Assembly: GCF_006345805.1 (NCBI RefSeq)
Contig: NC_043006.1
Coordinates: 6,138,001 to 6,202,000 of the forward strand
Length of the DNA: 64,000 bases
Direction of reading: 5' to 3'
DNA from: Octopus sinensis
Lineage: Eukaryota
A program made the translations under genes and the position numbers. The notes beneath the pieces were generated by a model that saw only the letters and a program-made list of their open reading frames with translations, was not told where the DNA came from and did not search any database. Position 1 is the first letter of the stretch. Each line of letters starts with the position of its first letter. Positions 11,871-24,099 of this stretch are shown here, in pieces.

Positions 11871-12612
11871 AAAAGACGGAAGTAGTAAAAGTAGAAGAAT
11901 AATGTTTTTTAAAAGACAGGAGAGCTATATCATAGACTGTATGGTAAAGAAAGTGAGAGGGGGAATGTGTGTGGGTGTAGTGCATGCGGGGAGGTCAGCG
12001 TGTGCGCGTGTGTGTATGCAATGATGACACATGTGTGTGTGTGCGGTGTGTGTGTATGGCAAACAACTGGCTAGCAGGCTAGTAGTAAGAATTAGGAGTG
12101 ATGTTTAGGGTCCAATATATATATATATAAATGTATGAATGAATTATCCTTTGTTTACCGTTAACATGGAAAATTCAATAAACAGTTACCAGGTAGCAAA
12201 ATTCACGCAAGTAACATGGATAAAGTGACCTATTCAAAGGTAGAAACTCCAGATTAATGTGCAGTAATTTGTGTAGTATAAGTAAATAACATCTTCGTTC
12301 AACTCCATTTATGTACTTATATATATATATATATATATATGAATAAATAAATGGAGTTTAACGCAGGTGTAATCAAATATTTTTACTTTTGACACATGTT
12401 TTGAAAATTCCACTGATACTATTCAAAAGAATAAATTTTTGCTGCCCTGGTAACTATTTATTTATTTTTTCCGTGTTAATTGTTAACAAGGCAAAAATAC
12501 ACTCATCTATTTATATATATACACATATATATGCATATATATATATGCATATATATGCATATATATATATATATATGCATATATATATATATATATTATA
12601 TATATATATATA

Positions 12613-12648
<36 letters not shown>

Positions 12649-12684
12649 AATGTGACAATCATTTGGTAGCCATGATAAAACTCC

Positions 12685-12823
12685 AAGTTTCGGATGCCAG
12701 GGCAGAAATCCATGCCACCATCTCTTCAGTTTTCCAGCCATCGGCAAAAAATGCTCTTTTTTTCTGATGACCGGATAACTGAAGAGATGATGGCATGGAT
12801 TTCCGCCCCGGCATCTGGAACTT
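12685..12823. repeat. imperfect palindrome (foldback/MITE-like), ~66-bp arms with a loop of about 5 nt
   Basis: AAGTTTCGGATGCCAGGGCAGAAATCCATGCCACCATCTCTTCAGTT... is the reverse complement of ...AACTGAAGAGATGATGGCATGGATTTCCGCCCCGGCATCTGGAACTT. Confidence 0.85.
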
Positions 12824-13576
12824 TATGAGTAAAATCCAACAATATTTAAAATGGTCATTCCAAATATCAGGTCTATAGTGTTTTTGAATCAAAGGTTTTA
12901 CTTTAACCCTTTAGTGTTTAAACTGGACATATCCGGCCGAAGCTTTCTACCTGTTTTATGTTTAAACTGACCAGATCAGGGCTCTCACACCTAACCTACA
13001 GTGACATTCTAAAAATGAACAATCACTTCATTGAAACCTCAAAGCTATAAGATAATGCATGATTAATTAAAAGCAATTTGAGTAAAAAAATATTACATTT
13101 AAAGTGGCTTAAAAATAGGGAGTGTATTTAGTCTGGTCAAATGGAAAGCAGAAGAAGAGAGGAATAAAGAAAGAGAAAAAGAAGGGAGAGAGAGAAGGAG
13201 AAGGGGGTAAGAAGAAAAGTAATATAATAATAAAATAATAAAGAAATAAAGAACAGGAAAGGAATAGAGGAAAGAAAATGAAGAGGAAAAAATAAGGTGA
13301 AAGTACCTTTTAATGGTCAGTTAATGGTGAGTGGAGATAATTTGAAATTAGGAGTGAGGAGATAAGGGATGATTGAGAGAGAAAGGTATTAAAGATAGAA
13401 GGGATGAGGGGTGAGTGATAAAAAGGTAAAGGAGTGACAAATGTGTAGTGGTACAGTCTAATTGGGGGGGGGCAGAGAGAGGGGGTTAGTAGTAATGAGA
13501 AAAGAATTTAGGAATTTGTATGGTTTGGTAGGGCAGTGCTTAGTAATATAAGAAAATATATTCCTGAGGATGATAC

Positions 13577-14432
13577 ATCATCATCATCAAACGTCCGCTT
13601 TCCATGCTAGCATGGGTTGGATGATTTAACTGAGGTCTGGCGAACCAGATGGCTGCACCAGGCTCTAATCTGATCTGGCAGAATTTCTAAAGCTGGATGC
13701 CCTTCCTAACGCCAACCACTCTGAGAGTGTAGTGGGTGCTTTTTACGTGCCACCTGCACTGGTGCCAGTTTGATGGTACTGGCAACGGCAACACCCAAAT
13801 GGTGCTTTTTACGTGCCACCTGCACAGGAGCCATTCCAGCGGCACTGGCGACGACCTCACTTGAATGTTTCCCGTGCCACCAGCACAAGTGCTAGTAAGG
13901 CGACACGGTAACAGTCATGCTCGTATGGTGTGTTTAATGTGCCATTGGCACAAAGGCCAGCTTGTTGCTCTGGCAACGATCCCTCTTGTATGGTACTCTT
14001 AGCACTCCACTAGCAACGGATGTCGGTCACCGAGTTTGATTTCGACTTCAATTTCACTTGCCTCAACTGGTCTTCGGAAGCAGAGTTTTGTGTCCAATGA
14101 AGAAAAGGCACGCATAAGTGGACTGGTTACACCCCTAGCATAGGCCATACATATGTATACATTAGACATCATCATCATTCAGCGTCCGTTTTCCATGCTA
14201 GCATGGGTTGGACGGTTCAACTGGGGTCTGTGAAGCCGGAAGGCTTCATCAGGCCCAGTCAGATCTGGCAGTGTTTCTACAGCTGGATGCCCTTCCTAAC
14301 GCCAACCACTCCATGAGTGTAGTGGGTGCTTTTTACGTGCCACCTGCACAGGTGCCAGACAGAGCTGGCAAACGGGCACGAATGGATGGTGCTTTTACAT
14401 GACACCAGCACGGAGGCCAGGCCGGGCTGGCA
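13577..14432 (-). mobile_element. two adjacent RTE 3'-UTR copies with ~60-bp internal repeats
   Basis: Each begins (CAT)n CGTCCG.TTTCCATGCTAGCATGGGTTGG...CTGGATGCCCTTCCTAACGCCAACCACT. About 20 copies of this family are in the window (e.g. 16338, 17600, 21506, 23790, 25212, 26270, 28305, 29005, 38546, 40405, 43596, 50440, 52120, 54857, 58332, 58931, 62447). Confidence 0.85.
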
Positions 14433-14798
14433 ATGTACAATTATATTTATATAGATGTTTATACATATCAATATCTACACGTGCAACCCATATTCACATG
14501 TATACGTGCACATGCACACCCACATATGTGCATCTGCATGTATTATCGCCCCTGCATACGCAGGTATATATACCTTGCATGCATACGCACATTCATACAT
14601 ACCCACATACATACATATACGCATACACTCACTCATACTCTTGTTTTCTTACTGTGGCCATGCTGGAGCACCGCCTTTAGTCGAACAAATCGACCCCAGG
14701 ACTTATTCTTTGTAAGCCTAGTACTTATTCTATTGGTCTCTTTTACCGAACCACTAAGTTACGGGGGCGTATACATGCCAGGACTGTGCATTTGTAAA

Positions 14799-15397
14799 TT
14801 ACATTATATCTTCTGTAATGGGTTTGTAATGGGCAGATTGTTCCAGGTCAGCAATTACAATTTGGTGAATGTCAGGGTGTTGTTGGTGAAGCGGAAAGCC
14901 AAGGATGTGCCAGAAGGCCTCGTTGCTACTTATGTACTGTCCCACGTGATAGTGCGTCAACTCATCCTGGCAGTATTCTTGTTGAAGTCCAAACATTGCA
15001 GTGTCAGAACCCTTGTTCACATACTTATAAACGCACTTTATAGACTTAACAGAGTTGCAAAACTCAACATTGATGTGGGCATTGAAAGTCTTTGACAGGA
15101 GTGGGCAGTAGGGAACAATCCATCTATTATCAACCTCGTGCTGTCTGATAGTTGCTGTGAAACTGCCATCTTCTGGTTCTCTCCATCTGTATGATGGATA
15201 GCCATCAGCACTTGTTTGAATTTCTTGTAGGAACCTCCTTGGAAACCTTTTTGAACATATACTGTCTTTCAAGCATGGTGAGTTTATGTTGAATCCACGC
15301 CCACATGGACCATGTTTGCCTTAACTATTTTGTATTGTACTTTGTCTAAAGCTGGATCAGGAAGCTCTGCTGAGATTATCTTGTCGATGTCAGTGGA
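14799..15397 (-). mobile_element. Helitron RepHel fragment (Rep region)
   Basis: DIDKIISAELPDP, CSKRFPRRF, DGYPSYR, VDNRWIVPYCPLLSKTFNAHINVEFCNSVKSIKCVYKYVNKGSD and YISSNEAFW are characteristic Helitron Rep motifs. Confidence 0.9.
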
Positions 15398-15530
15398 TTT
15401 TTCTGTGTCCTTTTCTGAAGAAGAGCGTAGGCTCGAAACATAAAAGACTTTTTCAATTCCTGAGCGTTATACTAATACATCTGTTTGTTTTGTACACCAC
15501 CTGTCTTCGTCTTTTGTTTTTTTGTGAACT
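15398..15530 (+). mobile_element. short repeat carrying a minimal hammerhead motif (15407-15448)
   Basis: GTCCTTTT-CTGAAGA-A-GAGC-GTAG-GCTC-GAAAC-ATA-AAAGAC; a near-identical copy lies at 24100-24300. Confidence 0.65.
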
Positions 15531-15655
15531 CTATCAGGTGGGACAGTACATAAGTAGTAACAAGGCTTTCTGGCGCATCATTGGCTTTCCGCTTCACCAA
15601 CGACACCCCGCCATTCAACAGCTTGCAGTGCACTTGGAAAACGGTCAAAGGATGA
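15531..15655 (+). mobile_element. second Helitron Rep fragment, inverted relative to 14799-15397
   Basis: Encodes YQVGQYISSNKAFWRIIGFPLHQRHPAIQQLAVHLENGQR. Confidence 0.85.
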
Positions 15656-15857
15656 ATACTGGAGTGAAGAAATACAAACTACCAATTTTGCAGCAGCTAG
15701 TTGTTTTTTATACTTTCCCCACCACACAAATATTGAAAATATATGTTTTATACTGCTATACCAGCAGAAAATTTTACAAATAAATTTTAACAATAAAATT
15801 TTAACAGTGTATATAATTAAAATATGAAAAATAAAATGAAACATAAAGTGTTCTTAC

Positions 15858-15966
15858 AGAAGCTGTAAAAAGCTATCCAATACCATACATTTATAACCAT
15901 TTTTTTGATGATAGTTATAAATTCTTGTGAAGAAGTCATCCAAATTTTGGATATGGTTCCATGAGT
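15858..15966 (-). CDS. ATG9A: ATG9 coding exon 2
   Basis: tttcag|AC TCA TGG...CTT CT|gtaaga; encodes (N)SWNHIQNLDDFFTRIYNYHQKNGYKCMVLDSFLQL (cf. human PWHHIENLDLFFSRVYNLHQKNGFTCM). Confidence 0.96.
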
Positions 15967-17302
15967 CTGAAAAAAAAATATGTTGAAAATAATTAGAAAT
16001 TTATAATAGATAACAATTTTTGAACTTCTTCCCTTCTTTATCTATATCCCTTTCAGTATTTTTAAAGGTATGAAGGTATTGCAAAAGACATGTCAACACG
16101 TGTAAGTATGTGTTAAGGTTTGTGAAAGAAGTACGTAAACAGTCAATGTCATAATCGAAGCAATTTAAAAAAGAACTATAAATATATTTGGCTAGATAAG
16201 AAAAATACTCAGTGTGATGGATAAAAATATGTAATTTTGCTTTTATTCATGGCTTCATTAAAAGAGTTTTTATTAAAAATTTATGGTATAGCGACAACTA
16301 TGATTACTAGATTAATGTGATGTACTTTCAAGACTAATCATCATCATCATCGTTTAACGTCCACTTTCCAATGCTAGCATGGGTTGGACGAATGACTGAG
16401 GGCTGGCGAACCAGATGGCTGCACCAGGCTTCAATCTTGATCTGGCAGAGTTTCTACAGCTGGATGCCCTTCCTAACGCCAACCACTCCGAGAGTGTAGT
16501 GGGTGCTTTTACGTGCCACCGGCACGGGGGCCAGTCAGGTAGTACTGGCAACGACCTCGTTTGAATGTTTTTTCACGTGTCACCAGCACAAGTACCAGTA
16601 AGGCGACGCTGGTAACGATCACGCTCAAATGGTGCCTTTTATGTGCCACTGGCACGGAAGCCAGTTAGCCACTCTGACAATGGTCACACTCAAATAGTGC
16701 TCTTAGCACCCCACTAGCACGGGGCACAAGTGCCAGTAAGGCAACACTGGTAACGATCACACTCGAATGGTGCCTTTTACGTGCCACTGGCACGGAAGCC
16801 AGTTAGCGGCTCTGTCAACGATCACACTTGTATGGTGCTCTTTGCACCCCACTAGCACGGATGCCAGCCACCGAATTTGATTTCAATTTCGCTTGCCTCA
16901 ACAGGTCTTTGCAAGCAGAGTTCAGTGTCCAAAGAAGGAAAGGTACGCATAAGTGGGCTGGTTACGCACTTGGCATAGGCCACAAGGTTAAGGTCTCATT
17001 TGGCTTGCTGAGTCTTCTCAAGCACAGCACATTTCCAAAAGTCTTCCAAAATTGATGAATAGAAATTAAATAGGCTAAACAGTTAAAAATCACAGGAAGA
17101 AAAGGTAACATTTTAAAACTATATTGAAAATTCTTGTAAAATATTTTATTAGATAGTCTTCATGTTTTAATTAAGCCTTACTAAGACACTAACTGCTTTA
17201 AAATTCTAGGTTTTTCAGTGTCTCAGTTGCATAGCAACAGTGTTTTGAAACGTCTTTCTAAATAGACTTTCTTAGATAAAAAAGAAGAAATAAGCAACTT
17301 AC

Positions 17303-17408
17303 TGCCACCTCCTTCAGGTAAGATCTGGATTGCTGGCGATGATTCATCATCGTTATCATCTTCAGGAAAGGATCCCAAAGCCTGATAGCCAGTTTCATAA
17401 GTGGTCAT
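17303..17408 (-). CDS. ATG9A: ATG9 coding exon 1 (start codon; exon acceptor at 17420)
   Basis: ttttag|AATCCACAGTG ATG...GGC A|gtaagt; encodes MTTYETGYQALGSFPEDDNDDESSPAIQILPEGGG (cf. human MAQFDTEYQRLE...VAEG). The acceptor implies upstream 5'-UTR exon(s). Confidence 0.9.
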
Positions 17409-18184
17409 CACTGTGGATTCTAAAAAACATTATACAAAAAACAAAAGGGTAATTGTGAGATTCTTGCTAACAATACAGAGATCTATAAATTAAAGAATTA
17501 AAAAACAATTTTAATGTTAGTAAAATGATTGGCATGCCTCAAACAGAAAAGATTTTATTTATTATAATTAAGAAGAGGAGAAAAAGAAAAAAATAGTTCT
17601 GTAAAAGGGCACCATTCGAGCGTGGTCGTTACCAGCGTCGCCTTACTAGCACCTGTGCCGGTGGCATGTGTAAAAAGATTCGAGCGAGGTCATTGCCAGT
17701 ATTGCCTGACTGGCCCCGTGCCGGTGACACATAAAAAGCACCCACTACACTCTCGGAGTGTTTGGTGTTAAGAAGGGCATCCATCTGTAGAAACTCTGCC
17801 AGATCAAGATTGGAGCCTGGTGCGGCCGTCTGGTTTGCCAGCCCTCAGTCAAAATCGTCCAACCCATGCTAGCATGGAAAGCGGATGTTAAACGATGATG
17901 TTGATGTATTCATTTCTTAGTACAAACTACATTTGGCGACAGTCAATAATAATATCCATGAATCAAAACCAACATTGTTCTTTAAATGATACAAAACTCA
18001 AAATTTGCTATCGATGTTCTGTGGTTTTAACTTTATCTACTTTTCCCTACATCTTATTTACACATTTTTTGACATTCCCACGTAATCTTGCCAAGGCCAT
18101 TTTTGTGGCCATTGACTTTTACATGCTTTTCTAGGTTACAATCTCAAATAACAAGCAAAGCAAATACAACACACCAAAGTGGTG

Positions 18185-18600
18185 TGAAGGACTTCTTAAG
18201 GACCACCACCTCTAATCGGAGTCGTCTTTGCTGACAGCTAAGCCATTAGGACTTTAACGAGTGAACAATGCAAGGCCCTCTTCAGGGCCACCAAGTTTTA
18301 ATTGTTACCATTGGATTCATCTTTGCTGGCAGCACTACCACTGAGATAATTCAAAGTGAACCTTAAAAGGTCCTCTTCAGGGCCACCAACTATAAATTGT
18401 TATCACTGGATTTGTCTTTGCTGACAGCCCCACAGTTGAGACTTTTAAGAATGAATGATTCAAGGCTCTTTTCAGGTCCAGAAAGATTAAATTGCTACCA
18501 TCGGATTCATCTTTGATGGCAGCACTGCCACAGAGATATTGCATAGTGAATGTTCAAAGGCTCTCTTTAGGGCCAACACCTGTAAATTGTTACTTCTATA
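18185..18600. repeat. diverged 95-bp tandem repeat, ~4.5 units, alternating A/B
   Basis: A CAGGGCCA-like anchor recurs at 18283, 18378, 18473 and 18568. Confidence 0.8.
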
Positions 18601-19627
18601 GTCATGTTTGACAGAAGTCTTTTGGTTCATTTGAACGACTGCTCCATTGAGAGTTATACCAAGCAATGTGGGGTACCTCTGCTAGTTACTGTATAAAAGC
18701 AGATAAAAGATATATCTGATGAAAAACAGAAAATAAAGCTAATAAAGTAGGCTTGATTAAATAAATACACAGGATGCTTTTATAAAGTCATATTAGAATT
18801 AACAGAAACCAGTTAACAACTGCTATCAGTTCAGTTTTTTTAATGTACACTTCTCCCAACACACACACTTCTTAATGTACACATACTTTTTAATCTACAC
18901 CTCCCAACACACACACTTCCACCTTCTTACCACAGATTTCATCCCCTTCCAATCCCCTCCCCTGGTGACTGCAATGGCTCAGGGATTCCAGGATAGAAAT
19001 AAACTCAAAGCAATTGGTTTTGTTTCATACAATTGAAGAAACTGACACTGACTTAATCCACCAATTCTTGGGTAATGTGAATATTTTACACATGCCTTGT
19101 TTATAAATAGTAAAAACTGCATTAATTGCTAGTAGCTTTAGTGATAGCTAAAAGGTTTGACTGACAGACCCCCACAACTTCAAGTGAAATTATTAGAATA
19201 TTGTTATTGACATGTTTTGGACACCAGAACTACTGATACGATGCTTTTCATTGGTGCTATAGGAAACAGGAATAGCTGAGCTGAGTCTATAAATTAATGG
19301 AAGATTTTTTTTTCATGTATAAAGTATCACTATTGCTAATAGTAGAGAGCTGAGTCATTGCCTGACATGTTTTTGAGTCACTCTGATGTACTGGGCCAGT
19401 TTATGTTGTTTATCTTATTCCAGAAATATGGTATGGTATCAATGACAAAACATATTGAGTCAATCAGCTTTTACTTATTGTCACAATCCCTTTTTGAGAT
19501 TTGTTTGATAAAAATTTTGTCCCTGTCTGTATAACTGAGTATAGGGAAGGTCAGAAAAAGTTCAGACAGCTAAAATGACAATAATTATACATTACTCAGT
19601 CACACAGACCAAGGAAAGTAAAGTACC

Positions 19628-19857
19628 TTAACCTTTTCGTTACCATATTTATTTTGAGATGCTCAGTGTTTCTTTCAATTATTTTAAATATAACAAAGAA
19701 TTTAGTAAAATAACTTAAATTATTATTAAGCTAGTGTTAGGAACATAAATTGCGAATAAGATTTGGTGGAAGATTTCAATTCAAAACTTATGAAAACAAG
19801 ACATGTATATTAAAGATCCAGAGCCGGTTTCAGCCAGGTTGGTAATGAAAGGGTTAA
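19628..19857. mobile_element. piggyBac-like MITE (TTAA ends)
   Basis: TTAACCTTTTCGTTACC...GGTAATGAAAGGGTTAA; a second copy is at 51230-51457. Confidence 0.8.
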
Positions 19858-20979
19858 CTAAATAGTATAATCAAATAGTTCAACTAAGTTTAGAACTTAT
19901 AGACAAATCATTCACCAACTGCACAGAAATGATTCATAATAGGACACTTTATAACAAATGGGCAGAGTTCTGTTTTTCAACAGTCATGTATGAAGAACAA
20001 GATGAATAGAGTGTGAGTAAAGAGAATGGAAAGAAAAAGACAAAGAGAAGATGAAAAATAAGCAGAATAATAAACAGAAAAAAAACAATGCAAAAACATT
20101 GAGTGAAATAAAAAGGAAAGGATGAAATGGCAAAGAGAAGAAAGGTGGGGGGGGGGGCAGTTAAGATAGTGATACAGGCAGGTAGCTACATATTAGATAA
20201 CTCTAAATAAACTAATCTTAAGCAGGTATTAACCACCTTGCTAATGTTAAACCGTATCAGCTGTAGATAGCTTAGGTACTTGAAATGACTAACTGCAGCA
20301 CAAGTACGTACAATCTGAGTCCCGAATATTGTGGAGAGAATGAATGATGGGTGATTTCTATAACTTTCAGGATCTCTTGAGAAGAGTAACTTAAAGCTGT
20401 TCTTTGTTGGGAACTTCAAGAGTTTCCAACAGAGGACTTAAATTACAGCACAGTAAATTAACAAAACAATTGTTAATCATACAGAGCACACCCTAATGTC
20501 CTAGAGGTTAACAATTGTCTGTAATAAACATGATACAGGGAATGGTCTGTGAGGTACAAAACAGAGTTAAAAATAGCAATGACAAGATCACTCTGGCATA
20601 GTAGTGAAGATTATCAAAATACCAGGTTTATAAAATATGTATCAAACATGTACGGGTAACAGACTATGCAAATGACTATAACTGCATTCTTCGTATATAC
20701 ATCTGTTAATGTAAAATGTATAACGGATGCTTTCAATGTCAAAACTTACACAGTGCTCCAATAACAACTATTTACTTCAATATGAACTAGATCAACAGAC
20801 AGTTGAAATAAATTATTGAAAGACACGATGCAGTAAGGCAAGACAGTAACAAACAACACTAGATGAACACTGAAACAACACTAGATGAACACTGAAACGA
20901 CACTAACACTCAAAATTCTTGAGGAGTTGGGAATGAGGTGAACCTGGTTAAGCTCCTTCAACCAATGCTGCACATTTAT

Positions 20980-21217
20980 TTACTCTTTACTCTTTTACTT
21001 GTTTCAGTCATTTGACTGTGGCCATGCTGGAGCACCGCCTTTAGTCAAGCAAATCGACCCCAGGACTTATTCTTTGTAAGCCTAGTACTTATTCTATCAG
21101 TCTCTTTTGCCGAACCAATAAGTTACAGGGACGTAAACACACTAGCATCAGTTGTCAAGCGATGTTGGTGGTGGGGGGGGGGACAAACACAGACACACAA
21201 ACATATGCACACACACC

Positions 21218-21265
<48 letters not shown>

Positions 21266-21428
21266 CAATGGGCTTCTTTCAGTTTCCGTCTACCAAATCC
21301 ACTCACAAGGCTTTGGTTGGCCCAAGGCTATAGTAGAAGACACTTGCCCAAGGTGCCATGCAATGGGACTGGACCCGGAACCATGTGGTTGGTAAGCAAG
21401 CTACTTACCACACAGCCACTCCTATGCC
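20980..21428 (-). mobile_element. tRNA-derived SINE family 2 (internal (TA)n/(CA)n microsatellite)
   Basis: Reverse complement of the full copy at 50015-50407. Other copies at about 14635-14775, 34665-34965, 46700-46860 and 47207-47677. Confidence 0.85.
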
Positions 21429-22674
21429 TATTTATCCAGAAACATGCTACCTTAGGGCTTAATTAACAAATATATACACACGTGTACGTGTGTGTGCATG
21501 TGTGTATCATCATCATCAAACATCCGCCTTCCATGCTGGCATGGGTGGGATGGTTTGACAGGAGCTGACCTGGCAGAAGCCTGCACCAGACTTCTGTGAC
21601 TGTTTTGGCAGGATTTTTACAGCTGGATGCCCTTCCTAACACCAACCACTCGGCAAAGTGGACTTAGTACTTTTTACATGGTACAAGCACAGGCAAGATC
21701 AGTTTTGGCAAGGTTTTTACAGCTGGATGCCCTTCCGAATGCCAACCACTTTGCAGTGTGGACTGGATGCATTTTAAGTGGCACCTGCACTGACACGGTC
21801 ACCAAGTAACTTGCAAGACAAGGAATTTTGAGAGGGGAGAGGGTATTGGAGGAGGTGATCTTGTGTCAAATGGTGAATGATTATAGTGAGACAGAGAGAC
21901 AGAAACAGGTGTCTTGCAGTAGAGGAGGTACAAGGTTACCTGGCCAGAAAGAGGGAGATCAAGAATGAAGACAGAAACAGGTGTGCTGCCGCAAAGAAGA
22001 TACACGGTTACCCAACCCGAGAGAAATGCGAGAGAAAGAGAGTGGGAGACAGCAGGATAGCATTGGTGGTAAAGTGCCGGGCAAACTCAGAAGGACAGAG
22101 ATCAGAATATAAATGGGATGGTTGAGTAAAGGAAGAGAGTGATATAAATGGTGGTAAGTGCCAGGGCATACCCTTGAGGTTCAAAGGTCATAATATAAGT
22201 GGCAGGATATTGCGAAAGAAGCAGGATTAGAGAGTGTAGAGGAGTGGGGAAGTAAGTGGTGAAAACCTGGGTATATACAGAATGGGGTGGGCTACCAGAT
22301 AACAATGATACAAAGAAACAGAGCCATGAGGAAAGGATTGGGGAGTGAAAGGTAAGCAGAGTGTAAGAAGGAGGAAATGTGAGGAAGAGAAGAAATAAAG
22401 AGATGTAGATTGGTTTGTTGGGGTAGGGTGTGTGAAAAGTTTTGTTATATGTGGGTGGAACACACAGGTTGGGGGCTAGTGGATAGCAATGATACAGTAA
22501 GACAGGGCATGTAGATGGAACAAACAGGTCGAGGGCTTGCTGATAGCAATGATATGACGCAGTGAGAAAGGGCCAAGAGGACAAAATTGGGGAGTGGGAG
22601 GTAAGCATGGTGCATGAAGTGGAAATGCAAGGAAGAGATGAGATGTAGAGATGTAGTTTGGTTTGTTGTGGTAT

Positions 22675-23460
22675 AAGAATAGCCTGGGCAAAGTTCAGAG
22701 AGCTCCTACCTCTGCTGGTGACAAAGGGCCTCTCACTCAGAGTAAAAGGTAGTAAAACTGTATGATGCATGTGTGCGAACAGCCATGCTACATGGCAGTA
22801 AAACATGGGCTGTGACTGCTGAGGACATGCGTAAGCTTGCAAGGAATGAAGCCAGTATGCTCTGATGGATGTGTACACGACAGAGTGTAAGCACCCTGAG
22901 AGAAAAGATGGACATAAGAAGCATCAGATGTGGTGTGCAAGAGAAACAATTGTGCTGGTATGGTCATGTGTTGCATATGGATAAGGACAGCTGTGTGAAA
23001 AAATATCACACCCTAGCAGTAGAGGGAACCTGTGGAAGAGGTAGACCCAGGAAGACCTGGGATGAGGTGGTGAAACACAACCTTGGAACAATGGGCCTCA
23101 CGGAGGTGACCGAGACCTTCGGAGATATACTGTGCTTGAGAAGAGTACCCTTCAATCATTGGGCAATAAACTGCACTTGCAAAGACCTGTTGACTCAAGT
23201 TAAGACATGGTACATGGTACAAAGACATGCCACCTGTACTGGTGGCATGTAAAAAGCACTGCATTTCTTATGCGTCCATAGTTTACACTGGGTGCAGTGA
23301 AAGGAATTTCTTCCAACTCCTTTCTTACATATTGAGCAGGGCCATTTACCTGACGGAAAAAAGAATTTTGTCTTCTTTCTTACTAACAACAACTTTGGTC
23401 TTTGCTAGGTTAACTAACTTTAAGGCCCATTGATTCCAGGTTTTGTTTCTATACCTGGAA
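22675..23460. mobile_element. RTE LINE fragment (+, 22675-23230) with an adjoining inverted upstream piece (-, 23250-23460)
   Basis: Plus strand: IAWAKFRELLPLL...WYGHVLHMD...GRGRPRKTWDEVVK. Minus strand: SGKWPCSICKKGVGRNSFHCTQCKLWTHKKCS. Confidence 0.8.
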
Positions 23461-23477
23461 TTTCTTGTGTGTGTGTA

Positions 23478-23751
23478 TCACATGATCACGTGACCCACCA
23501 GATTATCAAATGCTGTTGCACATTGCTGGCCACAATGTGCTATGCAGTGTTTTAGCCTTCAAATCACGCCACCCTGCTGGCTAGGCAAGCAGGCCAACAT
23601 CCCCCCACCCTGATCAAAAGGCAGGGGGACTGGAGCAATGTGAAATGAAGTGCTTTGCTAAAGAATACAATGCACTGCCCAGGTTGAGAATCGAACCCAT
23701 GACCTGGCAGTCCTGAGTGCAACAGACTAACCACCAGGCCATGTGTCTTAA

Positions 23752-23752
<1 letters not shown>
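23478..23752 (-). mobile_element. tRNA-derived SINE (head B + tail X)
   Basis: Minus-strand head ATGGCCTGGTGGTTAG...GGTTCGATTC; body ...TTTCACATTGCTCCAGTCC; tail GCAGGGTGGCGTGATTTGAAGGCTAAAACA. Confidence 0.75.
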
Positions 23753-23792
<40 letters not shown>

Positions 23793-24099
23793 TCATCATA
23801 GTTTAATGTCCGCTTTCCATGCTAGCATGGGTTGGACGATTTGACTGAAGACTGGCGAACCAGATGGCTGCACCAGGCTCCAATCTTGATCTAGCAGAGT
23901 TTCTACAGATGGATGCCCTTCCTAACGCCAACCACTCCAAGAGTGTAGTAGGTGCTTTTAAAGTGCCACTGGCACGAGGGCCAGTCTGGCGGTACTGGTG
24001 GTACTGGCAACAGCCACACTCGAAAATGGTGTTTTTACGTGCCACCTGCACAGGAGTCAGTCCAGCATATATATATATATGTATATATATATAGAGAGA

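Noticed and set aside
12389-12767. Tyr/Ile-rich ORFs here and at 555-828, 37764-38561 and 47353-47569
   Set aside because: These are translations of (TA)n, (TAT)n and (GT)n microsatellites.
13130-13500. Purine-rich tracts (also 21830-22670 and 39830-40190)
   Set aside because: Low-complexity or decayed repeat sequence, with no supportable specific structure beyond a short local duplication near 22300-22670.
20186-20419. 77-aa minus ORF
   Set aside because: No recognisable family and no convincing splice sites.
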